A stretch of DNA of 63,867 nt, counting the filler, from Octopus bimaculoides (Eukaryota): assembly GCF_001194135.2 (NCBI RefSeq). It is 5 parts of 3 records of this genome, joined end to end, with 100 filler letters (N's around TTAATTAATTAA, not from the genome) between each part and the next. Parts side by side here need not be neighbours in the genome. Positions count along the whole stretch, not along the records: positions 23,774 to 47,002 come from NC_068981.1; 4 more parts are not named here. One strand, given 5' to 3'. The notes under the pieces are model-generated. The model did no database searches. It was not told the origin of the DNA and saw nothing but the letters and a program-made list of their open reading frames with translations. Positions 26,950-36,870 of this stretch are shown here, one piece after another. Made by a program: the position numbers and the translations under genes. Positions within the stretch are counted from its first letter, which is position 1, and each line of letters starts with the position of its first letter.

Positions 26950-27162
26950 ATGTGTGTGTCTTTGGATTTGTGTCCCACCAGAATTTGAAAACTGGTGCTG
27001 GTGCTGGTTTGTTTACGACCCGTTAACGCAGTGGTTCGCCAGAAACGTTCGATAGAATAGGTACCAGATTTTAAAATGGTACGGGGGTTGGTTTCTTCGG
27101 TTAAGCTTTCCTAAACGGTGACCCAACATGACCGTAGTCCAATAACTGAAACAAGTAAAAGG
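26950..27162 (+). mobile_element. SINE family B tail fragment
   Basis: 'gtggttcgccagaaacgttcgatagaataggtacc...actgaaacaagtaaaag'. Confidence 0.7.
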
Positions 27163-27728
27163 GACATGGTAAAAGGTAAATTATATACGGTTTTTTTTTT
27201 CATACGTGATTCAGCAATTCAAACTATATCTTCTGCTGGTTCATTGACATAGTACAACCCTCCCACTTCAATCTATACAGCATTACTACTTTTCAGTGAA
27301 CCCATTTTATTTTGTGAAATGTCCGGACTATCAGTATACATCAGAAGCTTAAGTAAAGTATAATAGCTTCAATTATATAGAAATTCGCTTTTCGTGGCCA
27401 GAAAACATAAAACTATGAAAGTATTTATTCTGTACTTCGTATAGTGCTTTATGAGCATGTCTGGTCATTTGCCAGTATCTTTACACCTGCGTACACAGCC
27501 ATGTCGCATAAAATGGTCAGAACAAAAATTCTTTAAAATTTTCAGTGACCTTGTTCATTGTACTATGTCAGAGTTATTTCGAATTGCAGTTCCCAACGGA
27601 ATGTGCAATCAATTATTCATAAGCAAACACACATATTATACTGCACATAGCAACACGGAACACTACACCTCAACAAACACAAACTGCACACACATACGCA
27701 TACACACGCACATATATACATATATACA

Positions 27729-27760
<32 letters not shown>

Positions 27761-27901
27761 CGTACATGCCTAAATGCATACATATACATATATATATATA
27801 TATAAGAGAAATAGATAATTATATAAGATATGATATATATGTGTATATATACACATATATGTGTACATATTTATATATATAAATATACTTATATATATAA
27901 A

Positions 27902-27939
<38 letters not shown>

Positions 27940-28079
27940 GTACATGCCTAAATGCATACATATACATATATATATATATATAAGAGAAATAGATAATTAT
28001 ATAAGATATGATATATATGTGTATATATACACATATATGTGTACATATTTATATATATAAATATACTTATATATATAAA

Positions 28080-28118
<39 letters not shown>
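27761..28118 (+). repeat. Tandem duplication of a 178-bp AT-rich unit
   Basis: 'cgtacatgcctaaatgcatac...' starts at 27761 and again at 27939, near identical. Confidence 0.9.
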
Positions 28119-28122
<4 letters not shown>

Positions 28123-28540
28123 ATCACACGTGTAATATATAACAGATTATACGTACCAAAAGCACATATAAGTATATACATCTAGGCATATATACGTGCA
28201 TAAAATTTACCATTTGGGTGTGTCTGTACCAATTGTCTATATAATATCCTATAATGAATAATTATAACTGCAATTGATTATCTCTTTCGGATTCCAAGAC
28301 TTCACACATTTACATTTAATTAGCTTTATGTATGTCTCTGGTGAGTTAAGTAGCAAATCAATAAAGCATCACCCAGACAGCGAGTTCGATACTGATATAG
28401 TCTTTGAAAACTGAAGAACTTGATGATTAATCAGTTTTCACAAGATTGAGTTTTACTTCCCCATTACTCGGGTTATTAAGACTAATGGAATATATATATG
28501 TATATATATATACATGCATACATATTTATAAATACAAACT

Positions 28541-28867
28541 AACTGGAAATCCGTCGGTGGCAACGAAGAGTGTTCCAGTTGATCCCCGATCAACGGAACG
28601 CACTGCTCGTGAAATTAACGTGCCACTGGCTGAACACTCCACAAACACGCATACCCGTAACGTAGTTCTCAGAGAAATTAAGCGTGACATAGAACGACAT
28701 AGAATATGTCCAGACCTTTTGAAGTAAAGATACAACTCATTTTTGCCAGCTGAGTTAGCTGGTGCAACGTGTAATAAAGTGTCTTGCTGAAGGACACAAA
28801 CCGCCGAAGGTATCGAATTTAGGGCCCTACGATTTGGAGCCGTATACCTTACCACTTGACCGACTCT
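28541..28867 (-). mobile_element. SINE family A, tail type 1
   Basis: Same body and tail as the 941-1251 and 46312-46596 copies. Confidence 0.85.
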
Positions 28868-28898
28868 TTAGCCATCACTTAGAAGAACTTACAGACAT

Positions 28899-29056
28899 AC
28901 CCTAGATAGGCTCAAGTAGGTAGAACCTAATAAAAGCCCTTAGCTCCATAGGACTCAACATTACAATCGAGATCAACCTTCCCCCTAATCTTTATGGATG
29001 TTACGTTGGACCTAAACAGGTGTTTATACAGGCCCTGCCGCAAACCAAACGAAACA
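28899..29056 (+). mobile_element. Penelope-like RT thumb fragment
   Basis: TLDRLK/NLIKALSSIGLNITIEINL/FMDVTLDLNRCLYRPCRKPNET (frameshifted) matches the PLE 'GLxITIExNxxxVNFLDVTLDLxxxxYxPYRKPN' motif. Confidence 0.8.
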
Positions 29057-29059
29057 AAC

Positions 29060-29227
29060 AGCATTTTCTCCGTCTTTACGTTCTGATTTCAAATTCTGCC
29101 GAGGTCGACTTTGGTTTTTATCCCATCGGGACGATTAAAATAAATACGAGTTAAACATTTGGCTCGATGTAATAGAGTTATCTCCTTGAACTTGCTGGCT
29201 TTGTGCTAAAATCTGAAATCAATATTT
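29060..29227 (+). mobile_element. SINE family D
   Basis: 'cgtctttacgttctgatttcaaattctgccgaggtcgacttt'. Confidence 0.8.
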
Positions 29228-29319
29228 CGATTTCAGGTGAATTTATATAAGTATATATCAAAACTGTATGTGCATGTGTGTATGTATGTGTGTGTGCGCG
29301 CAAGTAACTGTATATATCT

Positions 29320-29500
29320 GTCACTCACTACTTGACAACCGGTGTTGATTATTTTTGTTGACACCTAGCAGTTCGACAAAAGGATTCCGATAGAATAAGT
29401 ACAAAACTTAAAATAAGCACTGAAACTGATTTGCATGACCAAAGTCTAGGAAACGGTGTCTTAGCATAGCGGCTTTCCAATGAATAAATCAAGTAAAAAA
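29320..29500 (+). mobile_element. SINE family B tail fragment
   Basis: 'cttgacaaccggtgttg...ccgatagaataagtac'. Confidence 0.65.
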
Positions 29501-29574
29501 AATAGCCCTACAAATATTAGTCAAGTGAATCGAAACCGCTTTGGAGAATTTGATCAGGCAGCTGACCACCTGCT

Positions 29575-29935
29575 CTATTGTATTCGATAAGATATCAATT
29601 TTCTTTGTTCTAAGCTGTTATTTGTGTGTATCCCATCGAGATAGGTTTCACATTGTTTGGAGGCTAATCCTGCTGCAGAACTTACATGTTTGGCATCACA
29701 GGCCCCAGTAAGTAGAATGCCAACAGGATGTCTGTTGATCAGGAGGTGCGAGGCCTGGAAGGAGTAGTACTCCCAGGGGTAGTGCTCACAGAACACAAGA
29801 ATGGGCTTGAACAACTCCGGATGGGTCACTCGAGTAAGGATAACTGGTTCTTAAAAGAACCGAAACTTTTCATGACCCCAGAAACCGTCATTGATGATGA
29901 GTCTCGATTCATCGCAGGATAATGTAGAGAAAAAA
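29575..29935 (-). pseudogene. Unidentified coding-like segment (exon or pseudogene/TE relic)
   Basis: Minus frame LIINDGFWGHEKFRFF*EPVILTRVTHPELFKPILVFCEHYPWEYYSFQASHLLINRHPVGILLTGACDAKH... has strong C/G third-position bias and an antisense shadow ORF. A possible ttcttttaag| acceptor and CAT|GTAAGT donor are present. Confidence 0.4.
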
Positions 29936-30029
29936 TACTAATTACTCTTAATGGTCATTGAATAATCATTGAAAAATATTTACATTATTTACTTTTGATG
30001 GATATTTGTCCTCATCTTGTTTGTTGTTA

Positions 30030-30073
30030 ACACAACGTTTCGGCTGATATACCCTCCAGCCTTCATCAGGTGT
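30030..30073 (-). ncRNA. Minimal type I hammerhead ribozyme
   Basis: Minus strand reads ACAC-CTGATGA-A-GGCTG(gagggtatat)CAGCC-GAAAC-GTT-GTGT. Core intact, 5-bp stem II, 4-bp stem I and loopless palindromic stem III (ACGT). Confidence 0.8.
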
Positions 30074-30145
30074 CTTGGGGAAATTTCGAACCTGGGTTCT
30101 CATTCCTAAGGTATTTTTCGATGTTGTTATTATCATTATTGTTCA

Positions 30146-30217
30146 GGTCACTGCTTGGAATCGAACTCGGAATCTTGAGGTTAGTAGCCTGCGCTCTTAA
30201 CCACTACATCATATGCC
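30146..30217 (-). mobile_element. tRNA-derived head (pseudo-tRNA, anticodon-like ACT) of an HHR-containing element
   Basis: GGCATATGATGTAGTGGTTAAGAGCGCAGGCTACTAACCTCAAGATTCCGAGTTCGATTCCAAGCAGTGACC has A box, B box and a CT-ACT-AA loop, but imperfect stems. Confidence 0.8.
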
Positions 30218-30798
30218 CGTCGAATGTAAATAATGTAAATAATGTAAATAATGTACATAATTCCTCATCTCTTAAATATAGAACTGTATCATTGAAAATT
30301 GTTGTGGATAAATCAAACCGAAAGAGTCTATTTCTTTCCAGTGCTTCGATCTCCATGAGGCCTCATAATCAAAATAACAGCGGTTATTCAATTAAAAATA
30401 ACTTAAACAAAATCTTTTTTTACTTGGTACAATTGCATTTCATTTTATCATAAAAAGCTGAGAAATTGTAACGTTTCTGTCTTTCCCAGGAGCAGTTTTG
30501 TTATAAAATAAGATCAAATGGTTTCAACCGAGAACGGAAACCGTGTCGTTGTGTTGACTTAGCGTGAGCTTGCCTCTAGTACTACATCACTTATCGCTCG
30601 CATTTAAACATTGCTAATGAAGCCATAATATTTATTATGCTACATCAACGTCCATCACTAATAGCGTCACAATTGTTTGAGTAAGTTGTTATAGCTGAAT
30701 GGCATTGTTTAACCGTAAGTTCATAGCTGGGCAGAGTAAGATAAGATTATCACAGGAAGATTAGCGAATGATAAAGATAATTTAATTTTTAGTTATAG

Positions 30799-30961
30799 AC
30801 CAAAACACTTGGCTGGAGAATCTAGAGAGCAGGACATTTTATTAGTTATAGAACAAATGAGAGATTTCGAACAAAGACTAATGGCGATTTTTATCAGAAA
30901 CGACGATGATTTAAGTACTGCAATGTTTGCTATTTTCTCGAGAGATAAAAGGGGAAATATA
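30799..30961 (+). CDS. Candidate internal coding exon, unknown protein (weak EF-hand-like end)
   Basis: tttttagttatag| acceptor, open frame PKHLAGESREQDILLVIEQMRDFEQRLMAIFIRNDDDLSTAMFAIFSRDKRGNI, and an AT|GTAAGA donor. Confidence 0.25.
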
Positions 30962-31383
30962 TGTAAGAGTTTTAAAAGGAGAAATAGTATTCGCGGCAGC
31001 TTAATTTATCAGAAGTTTTATAAGAAAAGAGACGGAGATAAAAGAAGGGGAAGTAAGAGAAGGGAAGAAAAAGAGAAAAATAAAGAAGTGGTCTGGCGAA
31101 ATTCTTACAGAAAGAATACATTGCAGTCAAATATTGAATTTCTGGCATTCTTGGAATAAAAAGAAAAAAACTTCTAAAACAATCCTTGTTTTGTTTTGTT
31201 TTTTTTTGTTTTTTTTTGTTTTTTTCTGTCAGATTAGCAAAGGTTGTAAAAAGAATATTTTAAAAAGTCCCTCCCTTCTCCCTTGAGGGCTTCTGAAAAG
31301 TGAGAAAGTTATGTTTAGCTTCGGTTACATAGCTTGAAGCAGCTGTAGGATAAAAACAAAACAAAAATTGTCCCTGGAATAGT

Positions 31384-31384
<1 letters not shown>

Positions 31385-31418
<34 letters not shown>

Positions 31419-31594
31419 AAGGACGAGGAGGAAGAGGGAGAGGAGATCGAAGAAGAGAAGGGAAAAAAGCAGAAAGTGTAGTAGTAGTCGATAGAACCTA
31501 ATACAGTAGGACACGGTTGTTGACTTATATAAAAAAAACGTTTAATATACTTTAAAGAAACGAAATACCGCGTTCCTACAAGTCATTAATATTT

Positions 31595-31654
<60 letters not shown>

Positions 31655-31673
31655 CAGCAGCAGCAGCAGCAAC

Positions 31674-31705
<32 letters not shown>

Positions 31706-32824
31706 CNNNNNNNNNNNNNNNNNNNNNNNNNNNNNNNNNNNNNNNNNNNNNNNNNNNNNNNNNNNNNNNNNNNNNNNNNNNNNNNNNNNNNNNNNNNNNN
31801 NNNNNNNNNNNNNNNNNNNNNNNNNNNNNNNNNNNNNNNNNNNNNNNNNNNNNNNNNNNNNNNNNNNNNNNNNNNNNNNNNNNNNNNNNNNNNNNNNNNN
31901 NNNNNNNNNNNNNNNNNNNNNNNNNNNNNNNNNNNNNNNNNNNNNNNNNNNNNNNNNNNNNNNNNNNNNNNNNNNNNNNNNNNNNNNNNNNNNNNNNNNN
32001 NNNNNNNNNNNNNNNNNNNNNNNNNNNNNNNNNNNNNNNNNNNNNNNNNNNNNNNNNNNNNNNNNNNNNNNNNNNNNNNNNNNNNNNNNNNNNNNNNNNN
32101 NNNNNNNNNNNNNNNNNNNNNNNNNNNNNNNNNNNNNNNNNNNNNNNNNNNNNNNNNNNNNNNNNNNNNNNNNNNNNNNNNNNNNNNNNNNNNNNNNNNN
32201 NNNNNNNNNNNNNNNNNNNNNNNNNNNNNNNNNNNNNNNNNNNNNNNNNNNNNNNNNNNNNNNNNNNNNNNNNNNNNNNNNNNNNNNNNNNNNNNNNNNN
32301 NNNNNNNNNNNNNNNNNNNNNNNNNNNNNNNNNNNNNNNNNNNNNNNNNNNNNNNNNNNNNNNNNNNNNNNNNNNNNNNNNNNNNNNNNNNNNNNNNNNN
32401 NNNNNNNNNNNNNNNNNNNNNNNNNNNNNNNNNNNNNNNNNNNNNNNNNNNNNNNNNNNNNNNNNNNNNNNNNNNNNNNNNNNNNNNNNNNNNNNNNNNN
32501 NNNNNNNNNNNNNNNNNNNNNNNNNNNNNNNNNNNNNNNNNNNNNNNNNNNNNNNNNNNNCGATGGGAGCGGTGGAGGAAGCTGTGGTGGTGGTGGTGGT
32601 GGTGCTGTGGTTTTGCTGGTCGCACCAGTGATAGCTGTAGCTTCCGTAGCAGTGGCGGCTGTGATGATGGTCATGATGATGATGTCGACGACGACGACGA
32701 CGACGACGATGATGATGATGATGATGATGATGACGACGATGATGATATGATGATGATGACGATGATGACAATAATGATGATGATGACGACGTCGACGACG
32801 ACAATGATGATGATGATGATGATA

Positions 32825-32873
<49 letters not shown>

Positions 32874-33150
32874 CTATAATGATGATGATGACGACGACGA
32901 TGATGACGACGACGATGACGACTATGATGATGACGACGACGACGACTATGATGATATGATGACGACGACGATGATGATGATGACAATAACGATGATGACG
33001 ACGATGATGACGACGACGACGACGACGACGATGACGATGACGATGATGGTGATGATGATGATACTGGTGTAGTGATTGTGATGATGACAATGTTGGTTAT
33101 GGTAATGTTTTCGTGGTGGTGGTGGTGGTGGTGGTGGTGGCAGCAGTAGT
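31385..33150. repeat. Trinucleotide repeat field: (GAT)n, (TAG/CAG)n, (GAT/GAC)n, (GGT)n, spanning an N gap (31707-32560)
   Basis: Direct reading. Source of the poly-H/S/I/M ORFs. Confidence 0.95.
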
Positions 33151-33561
33151 GATGGTGATTGATGGTGGTCGTGGCGCTGCTAGTGTTGACCTCACCAAAA
33201 AGCACGGGGTTCACTGCATTGGCCAAAGTTGTGACATAAGAATCGCTCGGTAACATTTACAATTGTGTATATTGGTGCTTAGGTCTCCAGGATCTTTCAC
33301 AAATGAATAGGGACGAATGTAGGAATAAAACCAACGAACAACAAAAACACCGAAGGAATGAAAGAACGGAAGAATACAAAGACTTATGGAATGAAGGAAT
33401 AAAACAATAACGGAATAGTGTGGTCACAGAATCATTGAAGCAAGGACTACATTAAAGTGATCAGTGAGCCAGAACATGTCAATGTGAGGTGATGAGAGAC
33501 GACAGGCGAGACAGAGGTGAGAGAGAGAGAGTGAGAGAGAGAGAGTGAGAGGGGGAGAGAG

Positions 33562-33602
<41 letters not shown>

Positions 33603-33922
33603 TGTAATAGTGATGGAAAAGAATGGAAGTGATTCTGACTGTGTGTTTGTATCAGTGGTTGAATGGCGTTGGAATATTTTCGGCATAATGTGTTTGTATG
33701 TATAAATGTACTTCATATTCACCGTGTATGGCGTATGTACGTACATACTTACACATACATTCATACACATACACATACATAAACACACACACACGGACAC
33801 GGACACGGACACACGCACAAACACAGAGACATATATATGCATATATTCATATGTATGTATGTATATATATATATGTTATATATATATATGTATATATACA
33901 TATATATGTGTGTGTGTGTGTG

Positions 33923-33976
<54 letters not shown>

Positions 33977-34008
33977 GCTTCAAATTTTCTCATAAAGCCA
34001 TCGTTTTT

Positions 34009-34185
34009 GGTGGAACGGGCAGTTCAATTACATCGACACCAGTTCTTAACTGGTATTCATTTTATCGACTCTGACAGCATGAAAGCATGAAAGCTAATGT
34101 CAACCTCGACGGAATTTGAACTCGGACGAAATACCGCTTAGCATTTTGCCCAGAGTGTTAATGATTCTGCCAGCTGACCGCTTTA
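34009..34185 (-). mobile_element. SINE family D
   Basis: 'ggaatttgaactcggacgaaataccgcttagcattttgccc...gattctgccagctgaccgc'. Confidence 0.85.
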
Positions 34186-34682
34186 TACATACATACATAC
34201 ATACATACATACATACATACATACATACATGAAAGCAGTTGGCCCAATGCTAGGCGTTGTATCTTTGAGAAAAGTACTTCATTTCGCATTTTTCCTGATT
34301 ACTCGGATGAAATGAGTACCAGCTGGGTATTGGTGCCCCCTTCTTTCCTTCGCACTATCTCATCCTCAACTTTCTGCTGGGTAAAAGCCAGGTTCGAAAC
34401 GGTGTCCATGTCTGCTCCCGACTGCAAAGGCACACAAAGCTGTTAGCGGAATCTCGGCAGTGAGTATCGTACTTTCTCGATGTAAAGTAAATTTTCAAAA
34501 CAAATCAAAATAGCTTGATGTAATGTCGATATATTTCAAGGCTAAGAATGCACACTAATAAAAATTAAAAAAAAAGAAACGGTGCTGAAGCTATCGCTAA
34601 ACAGTCAACTACCTACAAATGTTATATATAAGTAATGAGCAAGTGCGACAGGATAAGTAAGCCCTTCCAGAACAGAATTATA

Positions 34683-35136
34683 CAGTAATCTCTTGAATAT
34701 CGCGGGTGTTAGGTTCTAAAACCCCATGCGATAAGTGAAAATCCGCGAAGTAGAAACAGTACCGTACTGTATTTTTTGTTTGTTTTTATAATTGGTATAT
34801 ATATTTATTTTATTATAAATGCAAAACAATACCAAACACTCGGCTCTCGAGTTTCGTTTACCATACAGTATATGCGATTCTTTGTTTACGGTACACTGCG
34901 TATTTTATTTTGTGTTATACAGTACAGTATTGTACTGTATTTTTATTTATTAATTTATTTATTTTTAGGCGTGAAAATGCTTATTTTACCACGGAAATAA
35001 TTAATATGTAAAAAAAAATACAAATACCTATCGGCCGCAGAAATACCCGTGATATACATTTACATATATTAGCTAGAAAAATCCGCGATGTACTGAGGGC
35101 GCGATAGGCGAACCGCAATATGGCGAGTGATTACTG
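34683..35136. mobile_element. Tc1/mariner (Tigger/pogo-type) MITE
   Basis: TIRs CAGTAATCTCTTGAATATCGCGG / CCGCAATATGGCGAGTGATTACTG with a TA target-site duplication on both sides and an AT-rich non-coding interior. Confidence 0.85.
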
Positions 35137-35644
35137 TATACATGTGTACATGTGTGTATGTGCGTGTGCTTGAGAATACGCTCCCGCGTGTGTGCTTGAA
35201 AACAAGGTTTTTGATGTTTGCATGGGATTGTTTATAAAAGGCTTTCTAGCGTGCGTATACGAGTGCGCTCTGGGGCATCAAATTACAACTCAGTGTTTAT
35301 GAGAGAAAGAATAATATGGTTCTTGGGAGTAAATACATTCAATTACAAGTTAGAAAAATAACAGTGTGGTTGTTCCACGCGAGTTGCAGCATTCGTTTTG
35401 CTCAAGCAATAATACAATTCTTAGCCTCGCAGTATGAATAACGATGAATAAGCGGAAATAGATTGGAACGGTAGAATTCCTGAAAGTGAAGGCGGTATTA
35501 GAGATCAGAAAGAGTCTTGAAAGGCCAGCCAGCAATAACGAAAATGATTTACAAATGGCAATGAAATACTAAAATAATGTCAGGGCCTGAATCGAGGGAA
35601 GGACTTGGCTTTACGTGGTCGATCCGTTTGTTGGAAGTAATCGT

Positions 35645-35675
<31 letters not shown>

Positions 35676-35686
35676 ANNNNNNNNNN

Positions 35687-35732
<46 letters not shown>

Positions 35733-35872
35733 TTCCCTCCCTCCCTCGATTCTCGTTTCACTGTTATAAAGGGAGGACGTATTGGATAATAATGTCCAAG
35801 AATAAAACGATGGAGTCAAACAAAGTAAAGTCGAACAAAGGAGACACAATCAATCAAACTAACAAGACCAGG

Positions 35873-36016
35873 ATTAGCAGAATCGTTAGAGCCTAACGCA
35901 AAACGGATGTGGTGTTTCGTGTCAGTTCTTTACAATTTGAGTTCGAATCCCACCGTGATCAAATTTGTTTTTTCTATTCTCCCAGGGTCGATAAAATATG
36001 AACACAACACCGATTT
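35873..36016 (+). mobile_element. SINE family D, degenerate
   Basis: 'gcagaatcgttagagc...gagttcgaatcc...gggtcgataaaat'. Confidence 0.65.
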
Positions 36017-36161
36017 TAAGAGTTTTAAATAAAAACACTAGCACGGACTAACACATAAATCTACATATACACATACATAAAAATAATAAATTATTTACAT
36101 ACATTAACAATAAGATAACATATTTACATTCCATTATCTGGACATCTTTCATTACACACCT

Positions 36162-36263
36162 GTGACCTCTTCAGTGACTCTTCCATCCCACGTGTCCGTT
36201 CTTGTTTGTTTGGTGCATTCTCAGGAGGAGACACGTGGAATGGAAGTGTACTGAAGAGATCAC
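36162..36263. repeat. Imperfect inverted repeat (about 35-bp arms) carrying an HHR 5' half
   Basis: gtgacctcttcagtgactcttccatcccacgtgtc versus gacacgtggaatggaagtgtactgaagagatcac. Confidence 0.75.
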
Positions 36264-36412
36264 GGGAGGGTATTTACGGGGTCAGGATTAGTCTACGTGG
36301 TAAATATGGAATAATCATATCAAAAGAATACGAATGAAAATATTTAGTTAGCACCGGATCCAAGCTCCGAAACTTACTTCTTCAACCAGTTTCAAACAAA
36401 CGAAACGTTAGT

Positions 36413-36667
36413 AAACAATTGCAGCGTGGAAGGTGTTTATAAGCCATTTAAAAACATACAAAAACCGTTAGATTCACTTCAGCATTTAAATTTAATTTGT
36501 CAAAATATTTTCGTCACTTTGAAACCGTGATCTGTTCACTGACAAAATTCCGTGCAGCCAAAGCGACGAAAATATTTTGACAAGTTAAATTTAAAAGTGG
36601 AAGTGAATCTAACGGTTTTTGTGTGTTTTTTAATGGCTTATACACACCTTCCATGCTGCAATTGTTT
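36413..36667. mobile_element. Fold-back element with 108-bp arms and a fossil HHR-like centre
   Basis: Arms 36413-36520 / 36560-36667, roughly 90% complementary. Minus strand 36543-36499 reads GTCA-GTGAACA-G-ATCAC...GTGAC-GAAA-ATAT-TT-TGAC. Confidence 0.85.
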
Positions 36668-36725
36668 TTGGTTCAGCACACGATCTCAGATCAGGTCACT
36701 TGCTATGCAAGTACATCTCCGAAAC

Positions 36726-36870
36726 GTTATGTCCCCGTAACCTAGCGGTTCGGCAAAAGACCGATAGAATACGTAATAGGCTTCCAAAGAATAAGTCCTG
36801 GTGTCGATTTGCTCGACAAAAGGTGGTGCTGCAACATGGCCGCAGTCAAATGCCTGAAACAAATAAAAGA
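36726..36870 (+). mobile_element. SINE family B tail
   Basis: 'ccccgtaacctagcggttcggcaaaagaccgatagaata...gcagtcaaatgcctgaaac'. Confidence 0.85.

Noticed and set aside
30146-30217. Functional tRNA gene
   Set aside because: Acceptor and anticodon stems pair poorly, the ACT anticodon is atypical, and the sequence continues into a repeat body. Treated as a SINE-type head.
31576-33256. 349-556 aa ORFs and poly-H/S/I/M ORFs
   Set aside because: Produced by trinucleotide repeats and an N gap.
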